Positions 20,716 to 29,433 of a stretch of 64,000 nucleotides of DNA are shown piece after piece. Every line of letters starts with the position of its first letter. The stretch's first letter is position 1. The notes below the pieces were generated by a model, which searched no databases, had not been told where the DNA came from, and saw nothing but the letters and a program-made list of their open reading frames with translations. The position numbers and the translations under genes are program-made. This stretch comes from an uncultured Erysipelotrichaceae bacterium (lineage in GTDB: Bacteria; Bacillota_I; Bacilli_A; RF39; UBA660): positions 9,841-73,840 of the forward strand of contig CAOJRP010000002.1 of assembly GCA_948442015.1 (NCBI GenBank). Direction: 5' to 3'.

Positions 20716-20835
20716 AAATAAATAATAAAATAAATAGTACGGGAGCGACTCTCGGAATTTAAGTCTGTGGAGAAGGTAGGTAACGAGCTCTGTGAAGCAG
20801 AAAAAACTAATCGTGAGGTTAGTTAGTGAAAATTT
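20716..20835 (+). ncRNA. probable omega-RNA (reRNA) scaffold / right end of the TnpB element
   Basis: Locally GC-rich, hairpin-rich sequence just 3' of tnpB (gggagcgactctc; aactaa-tcgtgagg-ttagtt). TnpB guide RNAs derive from this region in characterised elements. The true 5' end is probably inside the tnpB 3' coding region. Confidence 0.45.
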
Positions 20836-20883
20836 ATTTTCATATTTGTTCAACTATGTTAAAATTTAAAAAGAGGTGTTACT

Positions 20884-21522
20884 ATGCGTTATAATGTTGT
20901 AAAAAATGCTCAAAATATTATAGAGAGTAGTTCATATTTAGTTAAAAATCCTAAATATTATAAAGGTAATTGGAAAAGTTTATTTAAGAATAACAATCCT
21001 ATTTGTTTAGAATTAGGTATGGGACGTGGTAGTTTTATTATTGAAATGGCTAAAAAACATAAAAATATTAATTTTATTGGTTTAGAACTAGATGAGGGAC
21101 AAATAGCAACTGCCCTAAAAAATGTAGCTAATGAAAATTTAAGTAATTTAGTAATGATAAATGCTAATGCGAGTGACTTGGTAGAGTTTTTTGGTCGTGA
21201 AATTGATACCATCTATCTTACTTTTTCTGAACCATGGCCGAAAAGACAAGATGAAAAGAAAAGGTTTACAAATATTTTTTACTTGAAAATATATGATAGG
21301 ATATTTAAAAAAGATAAGCACATTATATTAAAGACAGATAATAAAATTTTATTTGCCTCTAGTCTAGAGAGTTTAAGTGCTTATTGGTATGTCTTTGATA
21401 AAGTAAGTCTTGATTTACATCACGATGAACGAGGAATTGAAAACGTTATGACAGACTTTGAGCGTCAATACTTTAAAGAAGGTCGTCCAATTTATTATAT
21501 TGATGCTTCGTTTAAAAATTAA
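20884..21522 (+). CDS. trmB: tRNA (guanine46-N7)-methyltransferase
   Basis: LELGMGRGSFIIEMAKKHKNINFIGLE...LTFSEPWPK...LKTDN. Confidence 0.9.
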   Translation: MRYNVVKNAQNIIESSSYLVKNPKYYKGNWKSLFKNNNPICLELGMGRGSFIIEMAKKHKNINFIGLELDEGQIATALKNVANENLSNLVMINANASDLVEFFGREIDTIYLTFSEPWPKRQDEKKRFTNIFYLKIYDRIFKKDKHIILKTDNKILFASSLESLSAYWYVFDKVSLDLHHDERGIENVMTDFERQYFKEGRPIYYIDASFKN

Positions 21523-21537
21523 AGGATGTGTTAAAAA

Positions 21538-22812
21538 ATGTTTATAGATAATATTGTTGTTAAGTTAATTGCGGGAAAAGGAGGAGATGGTTGTACAAGT
21601 TTCCGAAGAGAAAAATGTGAACCACTTGGAGGACCAAATGGAGGAAATGGTGGACGTGGTGCGAATATTATTTTTGAAGTTGATAAGGGTTTAAAAACTT
21701 TAATTGATTTACGTTATATGAAGAAAGTTATTGGAAAAAAGGGTGTCAATGGTAAAGGAAGTAACCGAAATGGTGCTAATGCCGAAGATATAGTTATTAA
21801 AGTACCTCAAGGTACAACTTTAATTGATTATGATACTAATCTAGTTATTGCCGATTTAGTAAGTGTTGATGACTCGTTTATTGTTTGTCATGGTGGAAGA
21901 GGAGGAAGAGGTAATAAAGCTTTTGCTACGCAAAGTAATCCTGCTCCAAAGACGAGTGAATATGGGGAACCTGGAGAAGAGAGAGTTGTTAGATGCGAAC
22001 TAAAAGTTTTAGCAGATGTTGGATTAATTGGTATGCCTTCTGTCGGGAAAAGTACTTTTTTAAGTATGGTAACAGCTTCAAAACCAAAAATCGCTAGTTA
22101 TCACTTTACAACTTTAAGTCCTAATTTAGGAGTTGTTAAATTAAAAGATGGACGTAATTTTGTTTTAGCTGATTTACCAGGTTTAATTGAAGGAGCTAGT
22201 GAAGGCGTAGGATTAGGTCATCAATTTTTAAGACATGCTATGCGAACAAAAATCCTTGCTCATATTTTAGATATGGGGGCAGAAGAAGGAAGAAATCCAA
22301 TAGATGATTATAAAGTGATTAGAAAAGAAATTGAAAAATATAGTAAAAAATTAGCTAACAAAAAAGAAATTATTATTGCTAATAAAATGGATTTACCATC
22401 ATTTAATGACAATTTAGATAAGTTTAAAAAAGAATTTCCTAATTTAGAAGTTATACCTATTAGTGCTATCAATAATGAAAATATAAGTGAAGTGCTTTTA
22501 AAACTTGCTGATATCTTAGAAATGACTGAAGAAACACCACTATATGATGAAGAAGAACTAGAAAGTCATATTATCTATAAGTTTCAAAATGAATTACCTT
22601 ATACAATTACTAAAGAAGATGGTGTTTTTGTCATAAGGGGAGAGGAAATAGAAAAATTATTTAAAATGACAAAGTTTACAGAGGAAGAATCTGTGATGCG
22701 TTTTGCAAGAAAATTAAAAGGAATTGGTGTTGAAGAAGAACTAGAAAAAATGGGCGCTCAAAGAGGAGATGACGTTCAAATATTAGAATACATGTTTCAA
22801 TTTAAAGAGTAA
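21538..22812 (+). CDS. obg: GTPase Obg/CgtA
   Basis: MFIDNIVVKLIAGKGGDGCTSFRREK...GGRGG glycine-rich Obg fold; G domain GMPSVGKST / DLPGLIEGAS / NKMD; TGS-like OCT C-terminus. Confidence 0.96.
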   Translation: MFIDNIVVKLIAGKGGDGCTSFRREKCEPLGGPNGGNGGRGANIIFEVDKGLKTLIDLRYMKKVIGKKGVNGKGSNRNGANAEDIVIKVPQGTTLIDYDTNLVIADLVSVDDSFIVCHGGRGGRGNKAFATQSNPAPKTSEYGEPGEERVVRCELKVLADVGLIGMPSVGKSTFLSMVTASKPKIASYHFTTLSPNLGVVKLKDGRNFVLADLPGLIEGASEGVGLGHQFLRHAMRTKILAHILDMGAEEGRNPIDDYKVIRKEIEKYSKKLANKKEIIIANKMDLPSFNDNLDKFKKEFPNLEVIPISAINNENISEVLLKLADILEMTEETPLYDEEELESHIIYKFQNELPYTITKEDGVFVIRGEEIEKLFKMTKFTEEESVMRFARKLKGIGVEEELEKMGAQRGDDVQILEYMFQFKE

Positions 22813-22891
22813 ATGTCAATAGAATGTATTTTCTTCTTTAATTCAAAATATTTTTATGCTATAATCAATTTAGAATATGTTAGGTGATCTT

Positions 22892-24175
22892 ATGAATAAA
22901 AAATATCGAATATCTTTAATAGTTATAACTTTGATGTTAGTTTGTACAATTTTTGTGGCAACATCTTATGCTTTATGGAGTGTTACAGTAGTTCAAAACG
23001 ACACCAATATTGTTGCAACTGGATGTTTTAATGCCTCTCTTACTAATGATAATCCAATTGCCCTTGCTAATGCTTATCCCATAACAGAATCCGCTGGATT
23101 AGAAACAACTCCTTATGCTTTTACAATTAAGAATACATGTAGTATAGCTGCTTCTTATGAAATTAGTTTAGAATCTTTATCAGCTACAACTTTAGGAGAA
23201 GAATACTTAAGAGTTTCTTTAGATAAGCAAATAAGTTCTTTATACTCTTCTTTAGAAAATGCTACAACATATTTTGATAGTTCAAAGTCAGCTAAGCAAT
23301 TAGTTAAAGGAAAATTAGGAGCAGGAGAAACTGTTACATATAATTTAAGATTATGGCTAGATTATGATGCTACTCAAGATACTACAGCTAATAAAACTTT
23401 TGAAGCAAAAATAATTGTCATAAATACAGCTACTAGTTATGAAACGTTGGCAGAGAAAGTTGAATTAGGAGACTATATCAATTTGTCGCCTGTAGCAACA
23501 TCATACCAAATCCCAACATCTTTAACAGGATATAGTAGTGTTCAAACAATCAATCCAAGAGAATTAAGTCTATGGCGAGTAATAAGAAAGAATGCTAATG
23601 GTTCTATAGATGTCGTTTCAGAATATGTTTCTAATGTTGATGTCCATTTCTATGGCAAAGAAGGATATAAAAAACTTGCTGGTAGTTTAAACGAAATAGT
23701 TTCGTCCTATACTAATCCTAAATATGTAACAGCAACAAGACATATAGGTTATAATGGACAAACGGTAAATTTAACTGATGAAACCGTCTTTAATGCTACT
23801 ACTTCTCCTTTTGCAGGAACAACACAAGATAATACTAACGAAATTCATGGTGGTGGTGATATGCTTTACTTAGATGATTATGTTGCTTTACAACAAGCAT
23901 TAAATACAAGAGCAACGACAAAACAAAATGGTACAGCTTCAGCTTATTATTTAGCATCTAGAAATTTTAATAGCAGTACTAATTCTTGGAATTTTGCTAG
24001 TAAAGTGATGAATACTTCTGGTGAAATAGAAAATGCTCCATTATATAGTTACAATGGAACATATAGTGATAGTGATATTGCCTATTCTATAAGACCAGTT
24101 TTAACTCTAAGATCAAGCTTAGAACCAAATGGTGGTACAGGAGAAAGTGCTCTTACTGCGTATACTTTTGAATAA
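22892..24175 (+). CDS. secreted or membrane-anchored protein: TasA/SipW-type-like N-terminus and beta-rich N-domain, with a DUF1566/DUF6273-like C-terminal domain
   Basis: MNKKYRISLIVITLMLVCTIFVATSYALWS. The N-domain is paralogous to 55932..56498 (YAFTIKNTCSIAASYEISL / VTYNLRLWLDYD). The C-terminus has LWRVI..., YYLASRNF... and SIRPVLTL. ATG 22892 is preferred over the listed 22877. Confidence 0.6.
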   Translation: MNKKYRISLIVITLMLVCTIFVATSYALWSVTVVQNDTNIVATGCFNASLTNDNPIALANAYPITESAGLETTPYAFTIKNTCSIAASYEISLESLSATTLGEEYLRVSLDKQISSLYSSLENATTYFDSSKSAKQLVKGKLGAGETVTYNLRLWLDYDATQDTTANKTFEAKIIVINTATSYETLAEKVELGDYINLSPVATSYQIPTSLTGYSSVQTINPRELSLWRVIRKNANGSIDVVSEYVSNVDVHFYGKEGYKKLAGSLNEIVSSYTNPKYVTATRHIGYNGQTVNLTDETVFNATTSPFAGTTQDNTNEIHGGGDMLYLDDYVALQQALNTRATTKQNGTASAYYLASRNFNSSTNSWNFASKVMNTSGEIENAPLYSYNGTYSDSDIAYSIRPVLTLRSSLEPNGGTGESALTAYTFE

Positions 24176-24200
24176 AATTGTGATTAACACAATTTTTTTT
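24176..24200 (+). terminator. intrinsic terminator
   Basis: aattgtg-attaa-cacaatt hairpin followed by T8. Confidence 0.7.
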
Positions 24201-24267
24201 ATGAAAAGTTTAGAAGTTATGCTATAATTAATAATAGATAAGAGAATACAAAAGGGATAGTGATAGT

Positions 24268-25041
24268 ATGGCTAGAAAACAAGGAAAAACTATTTGTGTT
24301 TTTTCAGGTAAAGGTGGAGTTGGAAAAACAACAACAACTCTTAATTTAGCAGGGTTATATAAAACTTTAAATAAAAAAGTATTAATTATTGATTTTGATT
24401 TATATAGCGGAGGAGTAGCACTCGCCCTTAATAAAGAACCACGTAAAAGCGTTTTTGATTTATCTTTTGATTTAGAAAATAAAAAATATAAAGATTTTAG
24501 TGACTATACAGAAACCTATTCCGAATATATTGATTTCTTAGCAGCTCCAAAAGACCCTCGTAATGCCAATAGAGTTAATCCTTCGTTAGTTTCCTTAATC
24601 ATATCTAATGCAACTTATCTTTATGATATCATTTTAATAGATACAAATTCCGTTTTAAATGAACTTAATTTATTAACTTTAGATGTAGTTGATAAGATTC
24701 TTTTTGTAGTTACTAATGATCCTTTTGATATCAAAAATATGAAAACCCTTCTTGCGATATTTAAGGAACTAGAAATTGATAAATATAAGTTACTCTTAAA
24801 TAATAGTCGTGATCCATTTAAAGATTATTTTTCAATATATGATTTAAGAAGTATATTAAATACTAATATTGATTATACAATAAGCCAAAACATGTATTTA
24901 AAAGATATGGAAAATTATGTTATGAATGGTAAAATTTTGACTTTAGAACCAAAAGCAGCTAGTGTTTTTTCGAAAGATTTTAACACCCTTATGACAGCTG
25001 CACTAGATTTGATGGGAAGTGTGGAAGATGGACAAGGCTAG
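24268..25041 (+). CDS. ParA/MinD-type ATPase, TadZ/CpaE-like
   Basis: Deviant Walker A VFSGKGGVGKTTTT, directly upstream of and overlapping cpaF. Confidence 0.75.
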   Translation: MARKQGKTICVFSGKGGVGKTTTTLNLAGLYKTLNKKVLIIDFDLYSGGVALALNKEPRKSVFDLSFDLENKKYKDFSDYTETYSEYIDFLAAPKDPRNANRVNPSLVSLIISNATYLYDIILIDTNSVLNELNLLTLDVVDKILFVVTNDPFDIKNMKTLLAIFKELEIDKYKLLLNNSRDPFKDYFSIYDLRSILNTNIDYTISQNMYLKDMENYVMNGKILTLEPKAASVFSKDFNTLMTAALDLMGSVEDGQG

Positions 25042-26377
25042 TTTAGTAAAAGCTTTTAATATTAAAGAAAAAATAGATAATACGAAATATTTTAAAGACT
25101 ATGAAATATTTGAAAATAAAGATTTACTATCCAATTTAAGAGATAAGATCATTGAAAATTTAAGTAAAAAAGTATTTCAAAAAGAGGAAAATATTAGTGA
25201 ATATATAAATAAAGCAATTGATAGTGCTACGTTAGGATGTACTTTATCTAATCTGGAAAGAGGACACTTGTACAACTTAATAGATAATGAAATAAATGGT
25301 TTTGGACCTTTAACAGAAGTTTTAGAAGATCCATCTATTAGTAAAATAATGGTTAATGGAGCAGATGATATTTACATTGAAGTAGATGGGATAATTAGTA
25401 AGGATGAGAGTATTTCTTTTATTGACAATAATCATATTTTAAGAGTTATGGAAAAACTATTAAATACAGTTTCTAAAAGTATTGATGAGAGAGATCCAAT
25501 AATAGATATAAGATTAACTGATGGATCAAGACTTAATGCTATAATTCCACCAGTTTCAGCTACAGGACCTGTTATGACAATTCATAAATTTGTTAAGAAC
25601 TTGAATACAATTGATGATATGATTCGAATTGGAAGTTGTACTCCTTATATGGCGAGATTCCTAGAAGCTTGTGTTGTAGCCAAATTAAATATATTAGTTG
25701 TCGGAAATACTGGTAGTGGTAAAACAACTCTTTTAAATATATTAGGAAACTTTATTAAAGAAGAAGAACGAATAGTTACAATAGAAGATATTAAAGAAAT
25801 AGAATTAAATACTAATAATGTCATTTCTTTAGAAACAGTTAATTCTCATCACGAAAAATTAAATATTAAAGATTTGTTAAATGCATCTTTAAGAATGGCT
25901 CCTGAAAGAATTATAATTGGAGAATTAAATAGTTCAGAAACTTTTGATGTCTTGCAGGTAATGAATTCGGGACAAATTGGATTTTTAGTTACTATCCATT
26001 CTAATAACATAAATGATGCCTTAAAGAAACTTAAAACAATGGTCTTATTAACGGGAATAGATATTAAAGAAGAAATAATAGATGATTATATTAATAATGC
26101 TATAGATATTGTTGTTAATATTGAAAAGATGAGTGATGGCAAAAAGAAAATTACAAGTATCAGTGAATTAACTCTAAATAATAAGAAACTTGAAATTAAT
26201 GAAATATTTGCTTTTAGAGAAAAGAGATTGTTAAATAGTACCGAAATAGATGGAGAATATATCCTTTATGACCAGGTTCCTAAAATATATGACAAGATGT
26301 TAAAAAGTGGGATAGAACCTTTAAATGATATGTTTTCTCATAAATCAAAGGAGAATAAAATAAAAAAGAAAAAATAG
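25028..26377 (+). CDS. cpaF: CpaF/TadA family secretion ATPase
   Basis: GFGPLTEVLEDPSISKIMVNG, Walker A VVGNTGSGKTTLLN, RMAPERIIIGEL, and His box LVTIHSNN. Confidence 0.88.
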   Translation: MDKASLVKAFNIKEKIDNTKYFKDYEIFENKDLLSNLRDKIIENLSKKVFQKEENISEYINKAIDSATLGCTLSNLERGHLYNLIDNEINGFGPLTEVLEDPSISKIMVNGADDIYIEVDGIISKDESISFIDNNHILRVMEKLLNTVSKSIDERDPIIDIRLTDGSRLNAIIPPVSATGPVMTIHKFVKNLNTIDDMIRIGSCTPYMARFLEACVVAKLNILVVGNTGSGKTTLLNILGNFIKEEERIVTIEDIKEIELNTNNVISLETVNSHHEKLNIKDLLNASLRMAPERIIIGELNSSETFDVLQVMNSGQIGFLVTIHSNNINDALKKLKTMVLLTGIDIKEEIIDDYINNAIDIVVNIEKMSDGKKKITSISELTLNNKKLEINEIFAFREKRLLNSTEIDGEYILYDQVPKIYDKMLKSGIEPLNDMFSHKSKENKIKKKK

Positions 26378-26389
26378 GTGGTGGTAAAT

Positions 26390-27394
26390 ATGCAAGATAT
26401 TAGAAATTATATAGTTGTTTTTGTAACTATAAGTAGTTTTATAATTTTTTTCTATGTTCTTTTTCTAACAAAAAGAGAGAAAGAACTAGAAAGAAAGTTT
26501 AATAGCTTTGCACTATCAACTACAAAAAAATCTAATAATATTCTCGATTTTATTGCTTCTTTAATTTTAAAAATTATCAAAATATTTAGTAAATTGACTG
26601 CAAAAAGTAAGTTCTTTAATAAATTAAGTGAAAAATATGAAAAATTTATCTTACTAAGTACTTCTTTGGTTACTAAAATAGATATAATTACTTTAAAAAA
26701 TATTTGTTTTTTGAGTTGTTTTATTGCTTCTTTCTTTTTAGAATATTTTAGTATTATTAATATTAGTTATATCTCGGTAATAATTCTTTCGTTACTGGCT
26801 TATATCCTTCCTGATATAGTATTATATATTAAATATCAAAATAAAAGAAAGAATATATCTTTAGAGATAATAGATGCCATGATTTTAATTAATGATAACT
26901 TAAAGAAAGGATCAAATATAATTAATGCAGTTGAAGAAACAAGTAAAGAAGTATCTGATATTTTAAAAAATTTATTTGCTAAATTAAAATTTGATTTAGA
27001 AAATGGAAACAATTTATCTTTAGCATTTAAAAACTTTGCTGATTTAATTTGTCTTGATTCTACTTCCTATATTAGTGAAATAATGACGGAGTTATCTTAT
27101 TTAAATATAAGTGTAAATGAGACTTTTCTATATTTAGTAAAAAAGCTAAAAGAAAAGAAAAGAAAAGAAGAAAAAGGAATAGTTCATTTTTCTTCTATTA
27201 GATTAATATATAATATCGTAATATGCATACCTTTAATTATTGTTTTATTAATAATTATTTTTAAACCAAATTATTTTTCTTTGATATTTAATTCAATACC
27301 TGCTTTATTACTTTTTATAAGTCTTATTTTTATATATTTGTCTTATGTTATTATAATTGGAAGGATTGTAAAAAGAGGTGTAATTTATGAGTAA
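26390..27394 (+). CDS. TadB-like type II secretion system F-family membrane protein
   Basis: Polytopic membrane protein immediately after cpaF, with a cytoplasmic helical domain between TM blocks. The call rests mainly on synteny. Confidence 0.55.
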   Translation: MQDIRNYIVVFVTISSFIIFFYVLFLTKREKELERKFNSFALSTTKKSNNILDFIASLILKIIKIFSKLTAKSKFFNKLSEKYEKFILLSTSLVTKIDIITLKNICFLSCFIASFFLEYFSIINISYISVIILSLLAYILPDIVLYIKYQNKRKNISLEIIDAMILINDNLKKGSNIINAVEETSKEVSDILKNLFAKLKFDLENGNNLSLAFKNFADLICLDSTSYISEIMTELSYLNISVNETFLYLVKKLKEKKRKEEKGIVHFSSIRLIYNIVICIPLIIVLLIIIFKPNYFSLIFNSIPALLLFISLIFIYLSYVIIIGRIVKRGVIYE

Positions 27395-28055
27395 TCATTT
27401 ATATCAAAAAAAGACAATTAAAAGAATTGATAATAAGTTAAAGCTTTTAAAGAGTAAATATAGTACATTATTTATTTTAAACATAAGATTATTTGTCAGC
27501 TTGAGTGTTTTAGTTCTTCTAGTTTTATTCTTTGATATTGGCATAGTTCTAGGACCAATACTAGCAATCATTGTTTATTATTTATTTGAATATTTATTTC
27601 TGGATTTGAAAATTAGTAAAAGAATAAAAAAGCTAAATAAAGAGGCTTTATCTTTTTTTGAAATGCTTTTAATTGCTTTAAAAAAAGATAGTTTGTTACA
27701 AGCTCTAAATAATGTAGCAAGTAGTATGAACACTGAAATATCATTAAGTTTTCGTCAAGTAGTTAATGAAGTTTCTTTAGGAAATAGTTTAAATACCGCT
27801 TTAGATACTTTAAAAAGAAGTTTACCAAGTAAAGAAATTAGACTTTTAATTACAAGTTTACAAAATACTAATATGAGTGTCTTAATAGAAGAATTAGAAG
27901 ATAGGATAGAAGTATTAAAAGAAAAAAATGCTTTAGATAATATGTATAATAATAGACTAACACTAATTAAAGGAAATATTGTAACGTTATTATTTATTAT
28001 AGTTTTTGTATTAATTGTTCTTTATCAATTGATTATTCTAAATTTATTGGGATAA
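27387..28055 (+). CDS. TadC-like type II secretion system F-family membrane protein
   Basis: Overlaps the tadB-like stop. TM - helical domain - TM architecture, with synteny support. Confidence 0.55.
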   Translation: MSNHLYQKKTIKRIDNKLKLLKSKYSTLFILNIRLFVSLSVLVLLVLFFDIGIVLGPILAIIVYYLFEYLFLDLKISKRIKKLNKEALSFFEMLLIALKKDSLLQALNNVASSMNTEISLSFRQVVNEVSLGNSLNTALDTLKRSLPSKEIRLLITSLQNTNMSVLIEELEDRIEVLKEKNALDNMYNNRLTLIKGNIVTLLFIIVFVLIVLYQLIILNLLG

Positions 28056-28136
28056 GAGTTATTTGTTTACATTCTTTGACACTAAATTAAAAAAATTGTT
28101 AATTTGTCAATTTTTGGATTACCATCAAAATATTAA

Positions 28137-28187
28137 AACAATAATTAAGTTATTGCTAAACAGTAATTTAATTATTGTTATTTTTAT
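28137..28187 (+). terminator. probable terminator of the tad operon
   Basis: Perfect 12-bp inverted repeat aacaataattaa (28137-28148) / ttaattattgtt (28168-28179), followed by atttttat. Confidence 0.45.
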
Positions 28188-28212
28188 GTTGCAATAATCT
28201 AAAAATCGTGAT

Positions 28213-28241
28213 TTTACAAGCTTTTTTTCATATGCTATAGT
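28213..28241 (+). promoter_or_regulatory. sigma-A promoter (extended -10) for the small-peptide mRNA
   Basis: TTTACA (28213-28218), 17-nt spacer ending in TGc, TATAGT (28236-28241). Confidence 0.6.
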
Positions 28242-28357
28242 ACCACCTAAGGCACGAGTTGATGTGTCGGTTTTGCCTTTTTTCTTATTTACTTTTTAAA
28301 GGGTTGATTGATTATCAATTACTTTAGGAAGTATGGAAGATTGAAGGAGGTATATTT

Positions 28358-28438
28358 ATGAAGAAAATGAACAGAAGTTTATTAGTAATCATAGAAATAT
28401 TATTGTTTATTATAATATGGCAAATGTTATTTAAATAA
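28358..28438 (+). CDS. 26-aa hydrophobic peptide MKKMNRSLLVIIEILLFIIIWQMLFK (type I toxin-like)
   Basis: Strong RBS GAAGGAGG 7 nt upstream of the ATG. The peptide has a charged N-terminus, a single TM-length hydrophobic core and a C-terminal Lys. Too short for the ORF track. Confidence 0.5.
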   Translation: MKKMNRSLLVIIEILLFIIIWQMLFK

Positions 28439-28501
28439 GAAAAACCGATACTTTTGTATCGGAGTACCCAAAAGGCTCCGAGCAATCGCTCGTGTCTTTA
28501 T
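28438..28501 (-). ncRNA. about 60-nt convergent small RNA (candidate antitoxin)
   Basis: Bounded by a minus-strand promoter and a minus-strand intrinsic terminator: ccgatac-aaaa-gtatcgg followed by tttttc (plus-strand coordinates 28439-28462). It also contains an internal hairpin cgagc-gatt-gctcg. Confidence 0.5.
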
Positions 28502-28507
28502 AACTAG

Positions 28508-28536
28508 ATAATAACATGTTTTGATATAGAGTTCAA
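28508..28536 (-). promoter_or_regulatory. sigma-A promoter on the minus strand
   Basis: Reverse complement reads TTGAAC (28536-28531), 17-nt spacer, TATTAT (28513-28508). Confidence 0.6.
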
Positions 28537-28682
28537 TAATAAAATGTTTAAAATATGGTATTTATAGTATTTGTTTTTATAGCATTTTAAAAAGTTCCAA
28601 AATACTTAATTATTTTTGTAAAAAACATAATTGCTATTTTCTCTTATTTTTACTATAATTGAAATAGTAGAGGAGAATTATA

Positions 28683-29414
28683 ATGAAAGAAAAAATAATT
28701 CTTATAACTGGTGGAGCAAGTGGAATAGGATTAGCTACTGCTAAAAAGGTTTCGATTGATAATAAAGTCATTATTGCTGATTGCCAAAATATTGATAAAA
28801 ATTTTATTAAAAGTAACTTTGATAATTATGAAAATGTTTATTATTTTAAATGTGATATATCAAAAAAAGAAGAAATATTAAACTTGAAAAAATATATATT
28901 AGATAATTTTGGGAAATTAGATTGCTTAGTATGTGATGCTGGAATAATGCCTTTACCTTGTGGTATTGATGATATAACCGATGAAAACATAGATAGAACA
29001 ATCGATGTTAATTTAAAAGGCACTTTTAAATGTTTAAATATTCTTGGTAATCTTATAAAAGAAACATCTAAAATTGGAAGTATTGTAAATATATCTTCTG
29101 TTGATGGAATAATAGGAGAACCTTATGGTATAATTTATTCAACAACAAAAGCAGGAATCATATCTCTAACTAAGTCTTTTGCTAGATATTTTAAAGGCGA
29201 TATTCGAGTTAATTGTGTAGCACCAGGTCTTATTGATACACCTTTAACAGATAGTACAGGAGAAGATCCAAGTTGGACAACTGATTATTCGATAATTAAA
29301 AGAATTGGAAGACCTGAAGAAGTGGCAGATAGTATAATATATTTATTATCTAATCAATCATCATATATAACAGGCCAAGTTTTAGTTGTTGATGGGGGAT
29401 TTACATTAAAATAG
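28683..29414 (+). CDS. SDR family oxidoreductase (FabG-like)
   Basis: ITGGASGIGLA Rossmann motif, NISS, YSTTKAG (YxxxK) and GQVLVVDGGF. Confidence 0.88.
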   Translation: MKEKIILITGGASGIGLATAKKVSIDNKVIIADCQNIDKNFIKSNFDNYENVYYFKCDISKKEEILNLKKYILDNFGKLDCLVCDAGIMPLPCGIDDITDENIDRTIDVNLKGTFKCLNILGNLIKETSKIGSIVNISSVDGIIGEPYGIIYSTTKAGIISLTKSFARYFKGDIRVNCVAPGLIDTPLTDSTGEDPSWTTDYSIIKRIGRPEEVADSIIYLLSNQSSYITGQVLVVDGGFTLK

Positions 29415-29433
29415 AAATAAGGAGAATAAAATT

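Larger units (their letters stand above)
19455..20835 (+). mobile_element. stand-alone IS200/IS605-family TnpB (IS1341-like) element without tnpA
   Basis: tnpB ORF plus a GC-richer structured 3' tail, inserted between rpmA and trmB/obg. No Y1 transposase gene is adjacent. The element boundaries are approximate. Confidence 0.6.

Noticed and set aside
28358-28438. The 26-aa peptide as the missing Flp pilin of the adjacent tad operon.
   Set aside because: It has no G/xxxxEY processing motif. Any mature part would be under 20 aa. It has its own promoter, lies after the operon's hairpin, and faces an antisense RNA. A toxin-like peptide fits better.
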